Positions 12,189 to 25,520 of a stretch of DNA of 64,000 nt are shown piece after piece. Origin of the DNA: Hypanus sabinus (lineage: Eukaryota). The notes below the pieces were generated by a model. That model did no database searches. It was not told the origin of the DNA and saw only the letters and a list, made by a program, of their open reading frames with translations. Position 1 is the stretch's first letter. Each line of letters opens with the position of its first letter. The position numbers and the translations under genes are program-made. The stretch spans positions 35,030,001 to 35,094,000 of the forward strand of contig NC_082729.1 in NCBI RefSeq assembly GCF_030144855.1, read 5' to 3'.

Positions 12189-13170
12189 CTTATCCAAGTT
12201 AGGGGCGGCTGAAACCAATACCTGGCTGAAGGTATAATAAAGCAATACGTTTTCACTTCAAAAATGGTGAGGTGTGTACTGAACAGAGTGGCAAGTTTGG
12301 AGCTGGCGATGGGCATGATACCAAGCGAATCGCTAGTACTGCAAGGCGAGTAGGCGGGCAGGTACCGGGAAACCCGAAATAGATACTGCCAGCATTCAAT
12401 GTGGGCCATAGACACCAGAAGCTGCGACTGCTGCAGGTGTTTGTCAGCGGAGCAGTCCAATTACAACTGTGCCTACTCAAACAGTTTAGAGATGAAACAC
12501 ACACTCGAAGTGGTCATCAGAAGCATGCACATTCAGAATGCGGTACATTACTAAGTAAAGGAGCTGGAGACTGGCATGACAGGATACAGGGACAAACTTG
12601 ATCAAAGGTGTATTGCTCAAAAACCCTTCATGCAAGTAAGTGCGCACTGAATACCAGAGCTGCCAAGAGTGAGAGCAAAAATAAATAAATACATAAATAA
12701 ATAGACAACTGGATAGATAAATAAATAAATAACTTTTCCCCTACAGACACGGTAAAGAAAATAAAGCATGAAATTGCACAAGACCAAGTATACATGAAAT
12801 GCGCTGGATGAAGGAAACAGAATTATGAGTGCAGAAACGGAGAAAAAGGTTTCCACAAGAGAATGATACTAAATTCTACGCAACAAAATGGCACCGACAC
12901 TAGCACAAAATTACAAACAAACACAAAGAAAATGAACTTTCGTTCTCATATCTGGACAGAGGATGATCAGTAATCAAGACTTAACCTGGATTAGGGAAGA
13001 AAAGAAACGCACAATTGAGAAAATGCAAAGCAAATACCAAGCGTTAAATCGGATATGGCGGTTATAAAATTACCCACACCTGGAAGGATATTTGCAGATA
13101 TTGTAATTACTTGCCTTCACCTGTACATATTAAAAATCAAATATGCTGGGAAAAATCCTGAAAAAATGCC
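12189..13170 (+). mobile_element. Second R4/Dong-like element, 5' part
   Basis: Begins immediately after the AAT tract. Degenerate N-terminal ORF region around 12500-12610 resembles the Dong-type RMxW..N..IMRxYY...GYR pattern, with an A-rich coding strand. Confidence 0.5.
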
Positions 13171-13174
13171 TGAA

Positions 13175-14683
13175 TTCTTGACAGAAGGTAAAGGGTGTTT
13201 GCCAGTTACAGATTTATGAAAGCCACCATTAAAAACAACTCAAATGAAATCCCAGCTATAGTTTGCCAGAAGGCACGTGGGTGACTCTGAAGTCAACTGG
13301 AAGTAGGCTGTCAAGTCTGATGAAACTAAAATTGAGCGTTTTGGCTATCAAACCGAACACCACACATCAACAAAATCACGCCATCCTTACCGTGAAGTAT
13401 GTCAGTGTCTTGTGAATCTAGAGGGCAAAGCAAATACAGCAAAATACAGAAAATTCTTACGAAAACCCTAATGCAGTCTTCAAAGAACTGTGTATTGGGA
13501 GAAGTTTGGTTTTCCAGCAAGACAATCACCCCAAGCATAAATCCAAAGCGAGGCAGGCATGGCTTAAAAACAGCAAAGTTAATGTCTAGAATTGAATAAG
13601 TCAGAGTCCTGATCTCAATATAATTTAGAATTTGTGGCTCGACTTGAAGAGGGCTGTTCATTCACAATCCCCATGACATGTAACAAAGCCTGAGCAGCTT
13701 TGTAACGATGAATGTGGAAAATTGCAAAGTCCGGCCGTGCAAAGCAGACTGAGACCTACTCCCACAGACTCAAGGTTGTAATTGCTACCAAAGGGGCATC
13801 TACGAAATATTGCCGTGAAGGGTAGGAATACATATGCAATCGAACATTTTGTTTTATATTTGCTGTTAATTTAGATCACTTTGTAGAGATCTGTTTCCTC
13901 GTTAACAAGAAAGAATATTTTTCTGTCGATTATGGTCAGCAAATAGCCAAATTTTGTTCTGTTAAAAGTAGGAATGCTTCTTTTTTATAAGTGCTTTCTC
14001 TCGCAGTTTGTTTGGCTTAAAATTAATGATATCGTGAATTCTATACGTTTGTTAACCAATTGGGATTAATGTTATTCTTTCCCTTCTGAGTCTGTAAGCT
14101 ATTGTTGGCGGGGAATTGGGCAGTCGGTGTGAGGGGATGAGAGAGAGAGGACGCGATGCTGTAAGCTGGGCGACGGGACGGACCCCGAGCTGTGGTCCGA
14201 GGTCAGGAGGTTCGGCGAGGAGAGGAGACGAAGACACACGTGCCGGGGGTGCTTGATTGATCACTACGGGTGGTCCTGAGCTGAGAGTCGAGGAGGTCTG
14301 AGGGGATCGAATGGTGGCCAGAAGACTTCGTTAATTGAGCTCCAACGGTTGTGCACGAAGTGGTTTGGACTTTAATAAGTGGCGCCTTTTCTTTATTTTC
14401 TTTTCCTTCATATATACTGTGTCATTATTAATCACTTAGTTCTAGTAATATCTATAAAGGATAATCATTTAATCGCACATGGTGTATTGACTGTTAATTG
14501 ACGGGGTTGGAGACATCACACAGCATTCACACAAGCTGATTATCCAGTTTGGCGGGGCCGCGGGCTGCTTCCCCCTAGACGGAAGCGAGCTGAGAGAGCC
14601 TGAGGCTAGCCAGGGGGCTACAGGTTTATCACAATTAAACATGAAAACTCCCAAGGGAGGTGAATAATTTTTATAGGCACTGT
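13175..14683 (+). mobile_element. Tc1-like transposon 3' part (different subfamily), split by an LTR
   Basis: QQDNHPKH and SQSPDLNII*NLW transposase motifs. The right terminal repeat ends ...ttttataggcactg followed by TA at ~14683. Confidence 0.75.
13955..14622 (+). mobile_element. Solo LTR (Gypsy family), 5'-truncated
   Basis: Ends ...gggggctACA. Strongly similar to 39667-40382 and related to the 3' LTR at 47431-47990. Confidence 0.75.
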
Positions 14684-14894
14684 ACCCCCGGCATACCTCC
14701 CAACACATTCTTCCAAGCAGCTTACAAAAACCAAGCCGTCTGATGTCAACGTCATTAAGATCACATTTCTTCCGCATTCTGATGTTCGGTCTGCATACAA
14801 ATGAACCCATTCACCATGTCTGCAGGCTCCTAGGGATTGAGTTCCTGCCACAAGTTAGGCTGATTAAATATTTGCCTTAACGAACATTATAATT

Positions 14895-17800
14895 ATTCAT
14901 TTATTTATTGTGAAAAAATATCCAATATTATATGTATATGTTGGACAGAGAGGACGAAACTTTGATTTCACTAACTTGTGACCGCCTTATACAGCCATAT
15001 CTTCAACCAAACGTTATTAGGTAAATGTTGATCAGTCCTGCACATCGGCTTGGAGGAATTTTAGGACATGCCTCCTAATAAAACCACTCCAACTCTGGGA
15101 TTTTGGTGGGTTTCCTTCACTAAACTGCATGATTTAGGTCTTCGCCCAACATTTCTATAGGTTTCAAGTCAGGCCATTGTCCCGGCCATTTCGAATCATG
15201 AATTTTCTTCTTTTTAAACCACTCTGTTGTTGATTTACTCTTGTCTTTCGGATCATTGTCTTTTTACAGTATCTAACTTCTATTAACATCTTGATACAAT
15301 TTGGAATTCATTGTTCCCTCAAAGATTACAAGCTGTCTGAGTCCTGTGGAAGGAAAGCAGCTCAAATCATGATGCCCCTTGCACTATGACTCACAGTTCG
15401 GACTGGGTTTTAGTGTGGGTTGATGTGAGGTTTGGTGATAGGGATTTCTGCCAAAAAGTTCAATTTTTGTTTCAACTGTTCATGGAACATCTTCCCAGAG
15501 CATTGTTGAACACCCAGATGGTCTTTTGCTAACTTGAGTTGTGCAGCACTGTGTTCTGGAGAGCAGTAGTTTCGTCCGAGGTGTCCTTTCATTCTGGTCA
15601 GTGTTTTTTTTTCTGATAGTGGACACAGTAACGGACACATTAGCGAATTCCAGAGAATTCTGCAAATCTTTTCAGTCGCCCTTAAGCTTCTGTCAGCTCC
15701 TCGTGTCAGGCGATGCCCATATGGCCAAAAGTGCGGAGTGAGAGACACTGTAGCGGGTCGATAATTCACGGACTTTAATGCAAGCACTGTTAAAGGGGAA
15801 TGAAAACAATAAACGCTGGGCCATACAGGGTCGTTAACTAAAATTCGCTAATGGAAAACCAAACCTGCACTGAGGCTGAAAAGAACAACTGAGAATAAAA
15901 AGAATACCTTTTGTCTTCAGAGTCAGTTGACTCGACAGTCCAATTTCTCAGGCAAGGAAGAATGCAAGCAGGCAGCGAAACTTTGCTGTGTCCAAGTCTC
16001 GACAAATACTCTGACGGTACGTATACAGTTAAATACTATCACAATGAAATAACAATTAGCTGACACGTACATGTTCACGAGCGCAATTGCTGCATCTACT
16101 GCGTTGATGAAACCGTGGTTGAGCTAGGGGCCCCCTCTCTATGCGCAGCCCCAGAGGCGCCACAAACCTGTCTACTGGAAGTCTTGGATAAAGAACTTGT
16201 CCAAGATATCCTTTAGTGATGTTATTAGATAAGTGTCATGGTGTGCAATGCCATTATCGGAGCCAAAGACCTCCATGTAGAGACAAAGCTTTTACAGAGG
16301 TAACTCGACCAAGTGACATCGTGAGACTGTTCATTATCAAAATGAGGACACTCTGATTGGAGCTGTTCGGTCATCTGCTTCAACAATAAAGCGAACGGAA
16401 TCTGTGAGACTGTCAAAATAAACTTAAACTTAAGCAGAAAGCACCAGGAACCCGCATTACAAAGAGCAAGTCGCTCGAGAAAAACACACGGATCTCTAAA
16501 ATCAATAATAAATGTTGTTAAGGAACAATTAACTAATTCAGGTGCTCGAAAATCCTCACATCCCAATGCTCTAATGCCCTGCACAGGTCTGAAGTCGCTC
16601 CAGTACCCACAGTACCCGATAGCTGGCACCTGCTGGCCCTGGAAGTCCTGAATACTCGAAATCCAGGGAAGACGCTAGAGACCTGGGGAACTTGAGAAGG
16701 AGGCATGGGGAATGCGAGAGGCAGAGATTCTTGGGGATCCGGAGAGACTGGGAGACCTGGGAACCCCAGCAGACCGAGAGACCGGAGAGTCTTGAGAGAC
16801 TAAGAGACCTGGGAACGCCAACAGACTGATATAAAGAAACCTCGGACCGAGGTTTCATTCAATAAGCTATGGAAACAATCGGGAAAATAAAAACCTTGGG
16901 AACATCGAGAAAAATCCTTGGGATACCTTGAAAACATGAAACGTGAAACCAAGGGAAGGAACCTTTTCAGATCGTTCAGTGTTTTAACTCTCGCAAATGC
17001 TCGAAAGGCAATTAAGGATGTACTATCAATTTTACAGATCAGGACAGCATAGACAGGTTTATTTCATCCCTAAGCTATTTGGTTCCCTCCAGATCTGTTG
17101 AAACTACTGCATGAAAGTTCAATTCTCCCAGTCTGTACCATGACTTTCAGCAAGAGGTTAAAAATATTCTTGGTTGGATTACCTTACTTGTGCATTTGCA
17201 CACTCCAGCCAGGGATCAGCTTTTGTAACGCTCTTCCGGAATTTACACTATTGACTTGAATGATGAGTTATTGAATCAATTTGCAAGCTTGACTGAAGAG
17301 CTCATTTGCTCTGAAAACCTGAGTCACGGGACCAAAAACCTGGGAATTTGGTTAATCGTGGCTTGAAAAGCTTGAAATGGATACCGGAAAAAAACATGGT
17401 AGATAGGAGAAGCTCAGTAGGTAGTCATTTGTTCTCTCAGAATGTAGGGTCAGGACATGCACTGAGAGTAAAGACACCATCTCCTCAAGCCTCCAATGTC
17501 AAAACGTCACTGCTCAAACTTCGCTGGGTCCATTACTTGCCAAGATTCTTCTGTCACGTTGGAGACAGAAACAAGAGATGAAACATAGGAATTTCAACGG
17601 CAAATTGTTGCCTCGACATATCATTCTGAGCAATGAATCTCATGGCCAAATTTAACTGGCCTCTTTCTACTGGATCCATCTTCTGTGGTTGAGTCTTGTT
17701 GTCAGCCAATGGGGATATGGCCAAGAAACACTGAAGCGGGTCGATAGTTCACGGACTTTAATGCGAACAGTGTTAAAGAGAAAGGAAAACAATAAACGCC

Positions 17801-18823
17801 GTTAACTAAAATTCTCAAATCGAAAACCAAGCCGAAGCTGCGGGTGTAAGGAACAACTAAGAATAAAACGAATACCGCTTCTCTTCAGAATCAGTTGACT
17901 TTACAAGCCAATTTATCAGGCAAGGCAGAATGCAAGCAGGAGGCGGAGTGTTGCTGTGCACAAGTCTGGACAAATACTACGACGAAATGAATGGAGTTAA
18001 ATACTATCACAATGAAATAGTAATTAGCTGACAGGTGAATATTCACGAGCGCAATTGTCGTAATACTGCGCTGCGAATCCGTGATTGTGACACCTCCAGC
18101 ATTGCATGTTGTGTTCTCTGAAGGATGCAGTCTTTATTGAATTTCTTCCATTTGCAGACGAGTTCCCTTACTGTGGACTGCTGAACACTCTATCGGATAC
18201 GATAGGGTCTGTTAAGAGACTTTTGGATAGGTACATGGAGCTTAGAAAAATAGAGGGATATGGGTAAGCCTAGTAATTTCTAAGGTAGGGACATGTTTGG
18301 AACAACTTGTGGGCCGAATGGCCTGTGTTGTTCTGTAGGTTTTAGACGTTTCAATGTTCTAATTGTTTAGAAATGCTTTTGTAGCATTTTCGAGCTTCAT
18401 GCATCTCTACAAACCTTCCTCTCGGGCCCTCTGTAAGTTGTTTTCATCGTGCACATAAACAGACCTTACTTAAGAAGAGCAGATTCTGTCAGTAACCTGA
18501 CATTGCATATTTTTAGAGAGCACGGCACCTCTATAACCCACACCTCCGATCTCAGCTCATTGACTGGAACACCCGCCTACAAATGGCTTTTGTGGAAGGC
18601 GTTAGCCCAGTGATTCATACACTTTTCCAAAAAAAAAGTGTATTAATGTATAACTCTTGCTCATAAATAAAGGAATAAGGATAATATTTTGAGTTATTTA
18701 TTTATTTAGTTGAGTCTCTTTATCTAGTTTTAGGATTTAGGTTAAGATGTGATCAAATTTACATCACATTTTTGCAGAAATAGGGAAAATTCGACAGGGG
18801 TCACAAAATTTCTAGCACCACTG
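14895..18823 (-). mobile_element. Tc1 transposon (same family as 7622-9231), inverted, interrupted by an LTR element and a CR1 3' fragment
   Basis: Terminal repeat ...ttctagcaccactg followed by TA at 18823. Reverse-complement homology to the 7.6-9.2 kb copy on both sides of the 15704-18092 insertion. Confidence 0.82.
15704..18092 (-). mobile_element. Internally deleted Ty3/Gypsy (chromovirus/Sushi-like) LTR retrotransposon with both LTRs
   Basis: Two ~400-bp direct repeats (15704-~16124 and 17700-18092) with TGTCA...TGACA outer termini. 5-bp TSD cctcg/cctcc. Minus-strand gag start MDPVE after the 5' LTR. Chromodomain-tail remnant (KDILDK..IQDF) and purine tract agagaggggg before the 3' LTR. 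Confidence 0.8.
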
Positions 18824-19199
18824 TATTACGAGATGGATGTTGTGGATTGTCCTGTTTGTAATAACAGATCAATCGTAATATAATTTCTAGGATTCTAACT
18901 TTTAGCATTTATAAAACGTTGTGGTTTCTTTTATAAGTTTGCAACTTGAAGCAAGACTTTGCCGAATGAAGTTTACCAATTAATTCTGGCTGTATAAGTA
19001 ATCAGATTGAGTTAAGCTACTGTAGGATCAGGAAATGTGTTGGATTGTTTGGTAAAGAGGTAAGTTCATTCTGATTTTTTATTTCTGTTGCTTATGTATT
19101 CATGAGAGAATAGGGGCTAAAGAGCCAGTATTCTGTTTTGGGTGTCAAATGTAGGATATCAAGGTGACCTCCAACTTCCCCAATGGCCACACCTGCACC

Positions 19200-21040
19200 A
19201 GCTCCTGATGCAGCTCCTGAAAGACCGTGTGTGGAAATGGAGCTGTAGCTCGATGACCTTTGACTTGTTAGGGAAGGAGGAACAGTTATAGACAGGATTT
19301 ACAGGAGGTAGTCACCCCAAGGCTACAGGAGGCAGGCAAATGGGTGACTGCCAGGATTGGGAAGGCAGAACGTCAGATAGTGGACAGCGCCACTATGGGT
19401 GTTCCCCTCCACAATAAGCAATCAATTTTGAGTACTGCTGGGGGGCAATCTTCCTGGGGGAAGTCATAGCGACCATGGCTCTGGCACTGACTTTGACCCT
19501 GTGGGGCAGAAGTCTAGAGAACCGAAGAGGATGGCAGCAGTAATAAGGGACGCTATAGGCAAGAGGACAGATAGGTGATAGTATGGACGAGAAAAGTTTG
19601 TCACCCGGGTGCCAGTGTCTGCGATATTTCAGAAAGCGTCCACAGCCAGAAGTCTAGTACATATTAGTACCAACGACGTAGGTAGAATACGGAAGGATTT
19701 CCCGAAAAAGAAGAATGCAGGGAGTTAGGAAGGAAGCTGAGAAGCAGGACCCCAAAGGGTGGTAGTCTCGGGATTGCTGACTGTGCGACGCGACAGTGAA
19801 GATATGAACAGAATAAGGTAGAAAATTAATACGTGCTGAAGAAATAGAGCAGAGGGTGGGGATGCAAATTTCTGGAGAAGTAGGATCTTTTCTGGTGCAT
19901 TGTGACCTGTACAAAAGGGATGGATTACATTTGAATCGGAGCGGGCCAATATTCTTGTGGCAGGTTTACTGGAGCTCTTCGGAGTGATTTAAAGTAATAT
20001 GGCAGGTGTTGGGAACCAGTATGATAGCGCTGAGGATCAAGCAGAAGCTTTACAAGTAGATGACGGACGTAACATGAAATCGTGGAAGGACAAACCAATG
20101 ACTGGATACAAATGCGACCAGAAGAAAGGGTAATATTGTACCTCGGAGGCAAAATCTTAAAAGGGTGAAGAATGCAGGACTGCAGGTGCTATATTTAAAT
20201 ATGCGTAGAATTCGGAGTAAGGTGGACAAACTCCTGACGCAATTACAGAGAGATCGGTATTGTATTGTGGACAACACTGAGTGTCAGCTGAAAGTAGGTA
20301 ATAGTTCAGAGCTTAACACCACGATATACTTTGTATCGAATGGACAGGCAGGAAAGCACAGGTGGTAGTGCGGCTCTGTTGGGAAGAGATGGAATCACAT
20401 AGTTAGAAAAAGGTGACACAGGGTCAGAGAATGTTGAATCATTTTCGGTGGAGTTACGAAACTGCAAAGTAAAAGAAACATCACTGAAGTCACATATAGA
20501 CCTCCAAATAGTAGCCAAGGTGTGTTTTTGAGATTAAAAACAGAGCTGGAAAAGGCTCTCTTAATAAAGGTAATGACACAATTGTAATGGGGGACTTCAA
20601 TGTGCAAAGGGATTGGAAAATAAGGTTAAGGTCGTGTCGCAAGGGAGGGAGTTTGTTGAATGCCTGAGAGAAGGCTTCTTTGAGCAGCTTGTGCTTGAGC
20701 CTACTAAAAGAAAGGCTATCTTGGAGTGGATGTTGAGCAACAACCCAATTTGAGAGGAAGAAGTATCAACCACATGCATCAGTATCGCAATGAAATAAAT
20801 GGAATTACATAGGCAGAAAGAGGAGCTTGCCCTGAGGATACTGACGGTGAAGACGGCAGAACAGGGAAGGCTGAAGTTTCTGGGAATAGTTCACAAGACC
20901 GAGGTAGATATGTCTCACAGAGGAAGTTTCCAGATGGCAGGGCTTGGGATGGAGAGCGATAATAATTCAGCCACAACGCAAGGGCGGACAGAATCAATGT
21001 GCCACATGGCCTAGTTCTGATCTTTCTGTTCTGATCATCT
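19200..21040 (+). mobile_element. CR1 LINE fragments (ORF1 esterase, endonuclease, 3' end)
   Basis: Degenerate VIGDS, HIxTND and DGLHLN esterase motifs, then LYLNxRxIRxKVD and VMGDFN endonuclease motifs. Confidence 0.8.
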
Positions 21041-21050
21041 GGTTCTTATG

Positions 21051-21398
21051 TACTGAATTGCTCTCAAATGATTGATTAATGAGCAGGTCTGTTGGTGTGC
21101 TTAATAAAGTGATCATTGAGAGTATGTACACATTATATATATTTACATAATATACATTTTGCAAATCTAATGTATAGATTAGATTTAAGTACTCTACTCA
21201 TGTAGCGTCAGAGCAGTGTATTCAGTCTACTGAATTGCTCTCACGTGATTAACGAAGCGTATTTTGTGTTAATGAACAGGTCTGTTGGTGTTACTTAATA
21301 AAGTGGCCACTGAGCGTATATAAAAAGTATACAAAATACACATTTTGCAAATATAACGTATACATAGGATTTAAGTACTCAACTCATATAGCGTCAGA
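21051..21398. repeat. Diverged ~170-bp tandem duplication upstream of GPCR copy 2
   Basis: tactgaattgctctca...gatttaagtactc.actcat.tagcgtcaga occurs twice (~21051-21210 and ~21228-21398). Confidence 0.8.
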
Positions 21399-21594
21399 TT
21401 GACGTGTTCGGTATTACAAGATCAGTAAAGAGTATAGCAATTGTTGAATATTGAATATTAACGGTTAAAAGTGCACACGGGATGTTCCCAGTCCCCCATC
21501 CAACACCAATCCCATCAGAAAGCGAGAGAAATTGAAGCAATTTTCTAATTTATGAAGTCACTCTCATGGGAATGTTTATTAGCTGTTATCAAGA

Positions 21595-21740
21595 GGAATT
21601 GTGACGTCAGTCATTATGTTTGTTTACTGACTGTATCTTTAGTTAATGTCATTCATCATGATTGAATTGTAAACAACATGAGTTTATTTAACTGACTTCC
21701 GCGGTTGTACTTCAAGTATATTAAGGACTCCTTCAGAAAT
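21595..21740 (+). promoter_or_regulatory. Proximal promoter module of GPCR copy 2
   Basis: TGACGTCA 21602-21609, TGTTTAC 21621-21627, GTAAACAA 21669-21676, TATATTAA 21717-21724. Conserved with copies 1 and 3. Confidence 0.65.
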
Positions 21741-21792
21741 CGGCACCAGCGCGATTGGTGTACAGAACGGGTCTCGCAGAACTTCACGGAAA

Positions 21793-21862
21793 ATGCACGC
21801 GCCTCCCAGAGGTTTGGTGTACGCAATTTACTACACAGCTCTTGCTGTGATCGCGGTTCCAG
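21793..21862 (+). CDS. GPR139/GPR142-like GPCR copy 2, coding exon 1
   Basis: ATG at 21793, MHAPPRGLVYAIYYTALAVIAVP, donor CCAG|gtaaag. 70 nt. Confidence 0.92.
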
Positions 21863-22324
21863 GTAAAGCATTTTTTGTTAATTAAACAACGGTGGTCTTG
21901 TATCTCATATCTTATACTCTTATGGTCATTATTCATTGCATTTCTGCACAGTGATTGGTTGAGCAGATATTTGTATCAAGCATCCAGTCTACTGGTGTAT
22001 CTGATAAAGAGGCCACTGAGTTTTTATACATTATATGCACAAAACACATACATAATAAACATTATATATATACCGTACCGTGCCAAATTCTTCGGCACAT
22101 AGCCTATGGTGTCCCAGAATTTTGCAATTTACTGTTTATAACGTATAAGTATGTCTATGGCTTCCGTCGATCAGAAATGACCTTGGATATTGTGTCCGAG
22201 TTGTCCAGATACACATGCTTGGGCGATACGATTTGTGAAGCAAGCTTGCAGCACGTTCACTCTCTTCACACATCTGATCACCCCAAACGAACTATAGAAC
22301 TCAATGTATGCCTGTTTTATTGAC

Positions 22325-22655
22325 ACCAGCTCCGGATGTTACCCTCGGAGTTTACTACCGAAGCCTGCCCCATGGGTGAGCATAGCCGCAAGGCAAAGGA
22401 GGTGTGAAAGCAGAGTTTCGCTTCTCCTAGGTGAGTAGCCATCCACGGCTGACGAACCCCATCTGTCCGAAAGGGCAGGTTTTATTGAGCCGGTAACCAC
22501 CTTTGCCACTTCTCCAGCCAGTGGGTACGGTTCCGCCGGGCTTTGTAGATGAATGCCAGAAGCTAAACGTGGTTGTGAGAGGTCATTCGAGCCGCACGCC
22601 GCTGGGAGCATTTAATAGATAGTGGGAGCTCCCCCAGCTATAACAACCTTAAGGA
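22325..22655 (-). mobile_element. RTE-type 5' region insertion in intron of copy 2
   Basis: Reverse complement matches the family at 27250, 39400 and 40480. Not seen in the homologous introns of copies 1 and 3. Confidence 0.55.
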
Positions 22656-23799
22656 AGTTTGAGTATAAATATGACTTGTACATTAAGTCATATAAGTTCA
22701 TACTGTTCTGTTCGACATGGCAGGGCTGTTAAGTAGACAAAATAATACATACGGGAGAGGGAATAATAAGTGTGATCTGACCATATAAGTTTTACGCAGT
22801 TAACTGGACGATTTCTTGACACACTTAACGTGCATTATATGATTGACAGTTGATAAAGTAACTAAATTACATTTTTAAATATTGCAAACATGCCGCAGTA
22901 TCTGTAACAATTGTCAATAAGTTCACGGTCTTTACCACGCTATATTAATGATTGATCCAGTTTTTAACTCCTTATGCATTGCTGGCGCCCTATTTAGGAC
23001 CGTCGTCGACATTGTTCAAAGTGTGTTAACCGGCGGGCTAATATTCTCTGTATTACGTTGGCACAAAAAGTGAGCAATTCTCTGAGTGTAACACATGGTT
23101 CTTGTAGCTTATGTGGCCTTCGTGTCAGCTTGACCGATCCAGCGATTCTCTTCTGTCCTCTCTCATTAACAAGGCGTTTTTCTCCGAAGAACTGACCTCT
23201 CACTGGATGTTTGATATTTGCTTGTTTGTTCTTCAGTCGACTGTTGCTTGTGAAAATTCCAGAAAACTAGCAGTTTCTCAGATACTCAAACCACCTTATT
23301 TGGCACCAACTAATGTTCCACGGTCACTGAGATCACATTTCTTTCCCATTCTTTGAACGGGGTGCAAAACATTTTTATGGTGTGGCCCTACCACTAATCG
23401 AGGGGTGCATGGACTGCAGGTTGGGAACCGCTCGTCTTGGCTACGTCTGGATCTGTTTATACTTTGGATTGTCACCAATGTTTAGCTGTTCAGATGTTGT
23501 CATTAACGAGCAGGTGTATAGGGGTATACCTAAAAGAATGTCCATAGAGTGTATATTAGATAACTGCGCCACAATAAAGCACAAAAGCATTTTTTTGTTT
23601 TTATTTTAATTTCTGTACTCGTTTTAGCTCCTGGTCGTTGTGGTTTCCACATCAGGTCGAGACAATCTTCATTGTAAAGCATCAAAAGAAGATTATCAGC
23701 TTTTTTTTTGGAGCTGCCATGCAAAATTAATTTCAAACTTCCGAATTACTTCAGCTGCGAGTGTTTTCGGTGATTAATCTCCATTTGTTTCTCCCACAG

Positions 23800-24698
23800 T
23801 TAATGTCGTGGCGATTGTGATCCTGTCCAGAGGTAACTGCGGCCTGACAAGATGTATCAGCCGGTACCTCGTGTCCATGGCGGTGACGGATCTTCTGGTA
23901 ATTATCACTGCCGTGATATTAAACCGGATTCCAGCTATTTATTTCCCAGGTAGTTTCCTCTCCATCACACCCGTGTGCAGTTTCAGCATTGCAATAATTT
24001 ACGCCGCCAGGGACAGTTCGGTTTGGTTGACAGTCATGTTCACTTTTGACCGATATGTCGCCATCTGCTGGCAGAAACTCAAAGTAAAGTATTGCACCCA
24101 CAGAACCGCCGGCATTGTCGTCTCGGTCGTCTGTACTTTGGGCTGCGTGATCAATATTCCCTGGTATTTTATGAACGAACCAATCTATGTCATTGATAAC
24201 GTGCCCTGGTATTGCAAACAGAGGGATATCCGTTATACTTTTCTGTTGTGGACTATATTTGATTGGGCCGATCGCGTTGTGACACCTTGCCTCCCGTTCC
24301 TGCTTATTATCTCGTTCAACACTCTGACTGTCAGTCACATTTTGGTGGCCAATCGTGCCCGTAGAAGACTCCAAAGTTGCCCCACGGGAGAGAGACAGAG
24401 CGACCCGGAGATGGAAAGCCGCAGGAAGTCGATCGTCCTGCTCTTTGCAATCTCGGGATGTTTCATCCTTCTGTGGATGCCATATGTTGTCTACTTCTTT
24501 GTTCATCGATTTCAAGTTGGTGATGCAATTATTGGTTACAGCGATCCCAGATATATCCTGATGGAAATTGCCAATGTGCTTCAAATGTTGAGTTGTTGCA
24601 CAAACACGTTTATTTACGCAGTGACTCAAAATAAGTTCAGGAAGGAGCTGAAGAACCTGATATATCCACGGAACATTTCACATTCGTTGTCTAAGTAG
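23800..24698 (+). CDS. GPR139/GPR142-like class A GPCR, copy 2, coding exon 2
   Basis: Acceptor ttgtttctcccacag|TT AAT GTC GTG. Intact 7TM frame with DRY, WMP and NTFIY, TAG at 24698. Spliced product is 322 aa. Confidence 0.93.
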
Positions 24699-24859
24699 CG
24701 GAAGTGGCAAGTTCCTGCAAAAGAAAAAATATATGAAATGTGCTAACTCGTTCCATTTGGACAACATAAAAACTTTGCCTGAAATTCTGGACTTGATTTG
24801 AGTTGCAGGTTATCCCGTGGTTATTTAACGAAACTAATAGTTTAATAATATGCTCTCCT

Positions 24860-25520
24860 TCGATGTTACAAGGCAAATAGATACCTCTGCTCCTCTCTTC
24901 ACTTTCTACAGTGACCGCTCCTCCTGGGATTTCCTCGTCCGGTTGTCCCTCCGACTGATCTCCCTCTTGCCTCTTATTCCAGCGAATGAAAGAAATGCTA
25001 CTGCTGTCCATTCGCCTTTTCTATCACCACCATTTAGGTCATCAAACTGCCCTTCCAGTTGAATTAAGACTTCGCCGGTGAGACTATCAATTTCTCTAAC
25101 TTCTGATATCCTCTTCTCCGCCCATTCCCTCTTCCTCTATTTGCCGATCTAATTCCACTCTTACCTCTGCTCATTTCCTCAACTGCCAAACACTTCCCTC
25201 CGGTACCGTTTCTCCTATAGCCCACTCTCATCTCCTTTCCGAATCCTTCTTTTTCAGCCCTATACCTTTTCCACCTATCATCTCTCAGCTTCTTACTTCA
25301 TCGCCCGCTCACCTGAGTTTGCCTATCAGCTTTTAGCTTCCAGCTCCGCATACTTATTCTGGCTTCCTCACCCTTCATATCCAGCCCTCATGAAGGGCTT
25401 CGCCCTAGAACATCAACTATTTATTCCTTTCCATAGATGCTGCCTGAACCATAGAGTTTCTCCAGCATTTTGTGTGCGTTGCGCAAACTTGCCAAGATCT
25501 GGGATAAACTCTCGTGTTCA
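24860..25520 (+). mobile_element. Penelope-like remnant with decayed hammerhead-type tail
   Basis: Pyrimidine-rich body followed by ctcatgaagggcttcgccctagaacatcaact, a degenerate form of CTGATGA-stem-GAAA. Confidence 0.55.

Noticed and set aside
23919-24629. 236-aa antisense ORF (and similar ones at 3872-4189 and 35045-35533)
   Set aside because: These are shadows of the GPCR coding strand. Lengths are not conserved among paralogues and no domain is recognisable.
25380-25420. Active hammerhead ribozymes in Penelope tails (also ~28555, 36695, 53175, 53660)
   Set aside because: Every copy has mutations in CTGATGA and/or GAAA, so these are decayed remnants of a known Penelope feature.
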